DNA from: Eledone cirrhosa
Lineage: Eukaryota
Direction of reading: 5' to 3'
Length of the DNA stretch: 64,000 bases
Assembly: GCA_964016885.1 (NCBI GenBank)
Contig: OZ024746.1
Span: 64,232,001-64,296,000, forward strand
The position numbers and the translations under genes were made by a program. The number at the start of each line of letters is the position of its first letter. Positions within the stretch are counted from its first letter, which is position 1. Below the pieces are notes generated by a model. It worked only from the letters and a program-made list of their open reading frames with translations. It did no database searches and had not been told where the DNA came from. This document shows, in pieces, positions 63,106 to 64,000 of the stretch.

Positions 63106-64000
63106 AAAAAAAAGCTTAAACAAAGCCTACAAGCAGGACCTAGTCACCTGACCAGTCTGGCCACAGCACATGATAGCCATGTAACCCATGCAAGCATGAC
63201 AATTACATGTTAAAAGGTGGTGATGATGATGATGATGGTGATTCATATGAAGTTTTTTGGTTGGTTTTACATTAAGATCCCTGGCCCTATCAAGTCAGTA
63301 TTTTAATCATCATCATCATCTCATCCTTCTTCTAAAAGCTGGGCCAACGTGTGGTAAAATTCCATTTTTGAATTGCCATTCTAGTTACAACTAGTCTTCC
63401 TGCTCTAAGTTTCACTTCTAAGATATAGTTTCTCCATTTTAGATAAAGTAAAAAGCTATTTATTGAAGATTAGTTACACAGTTGAATAATAAATTAGGCA
63501 ATAATCCAGCTAGCTTATTAATACTCTTTATAACAGTGGCATTTCATGGGTTTTAGATTTGAATGCTGGAAAAGAGAATGTATTCTTCAGTTATAGTTAC
63601 TGATTTGATGTGTTCTACTACCATTATTCTTCCACTATCTAATATATCCATCTAGCAAAGGATTAGGTGCTCTTCCTTTGTCTTGTTAGGATTGTTTGAC
63701 TATCTACTCTAATATCTCCGAAACTTCTGGAACTCAGAAGCTCCAATTCTTTCTTTTATTATTTTTTTATTTATCAATTATGAATCAAGATTAATAAAAA
63801 TAGATGTTGTTTTAAGATTATAATTTTCCAAACTATTAACCTCATCTTTAGAATATATGTTTACAATATTTATTTCTACACTATGCTTTGATGCTTTGCC
63901 TATACATACAGTGTTGGCTAAAAATCTATAGATATATTATGTATTAAAATTTAGCATTGAAACAAAACAGTTAAATGCATCAGTAATTTATTAATCAAAC

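Overview
Eukaryotic, very AT-rich, microsatellite-laden DNA ((TA)n, (CA)n, (GA)n, (GAT)n). The repeat landscape suggests an octopus/coleoid cephalopod intron or intergenic region (inference). Most ORFs in the track are microsatellite artefacts. The only plausible host coding sequence is one minus-strand exon at 146-374. The rest is transposon-derived: a complete but inactivated DD37D (maT) Tc1/mariner element, a 2.9-kb 5'-truncated RTE LINE plus other RTE, R4/Dong-like and CR1/Jockey-like fragments, many tRNA-derived SINEs (often stacked at one target site), hAT/piggyBac/pogo-type MITEs, and decayed Penelope-like (PLE) fragments. The most interesting signal is a set of minimal type-I hammerhead ribozyme motifs (CTGANGA-stem II-GAAA-palindromic stem III-UH) in short elements embedded in (TA)n. 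Two share a TATA/initiator leader, one is enclosed by ~100-bp inverted repeats, and one lies in a perfect 361-bp palindrome. There is also a 2.4-kb inverted duplication carrying a decayed unknown ORF and a post-duplication SINE insertion. All calls were made by eye; no searches or folding programs were run.
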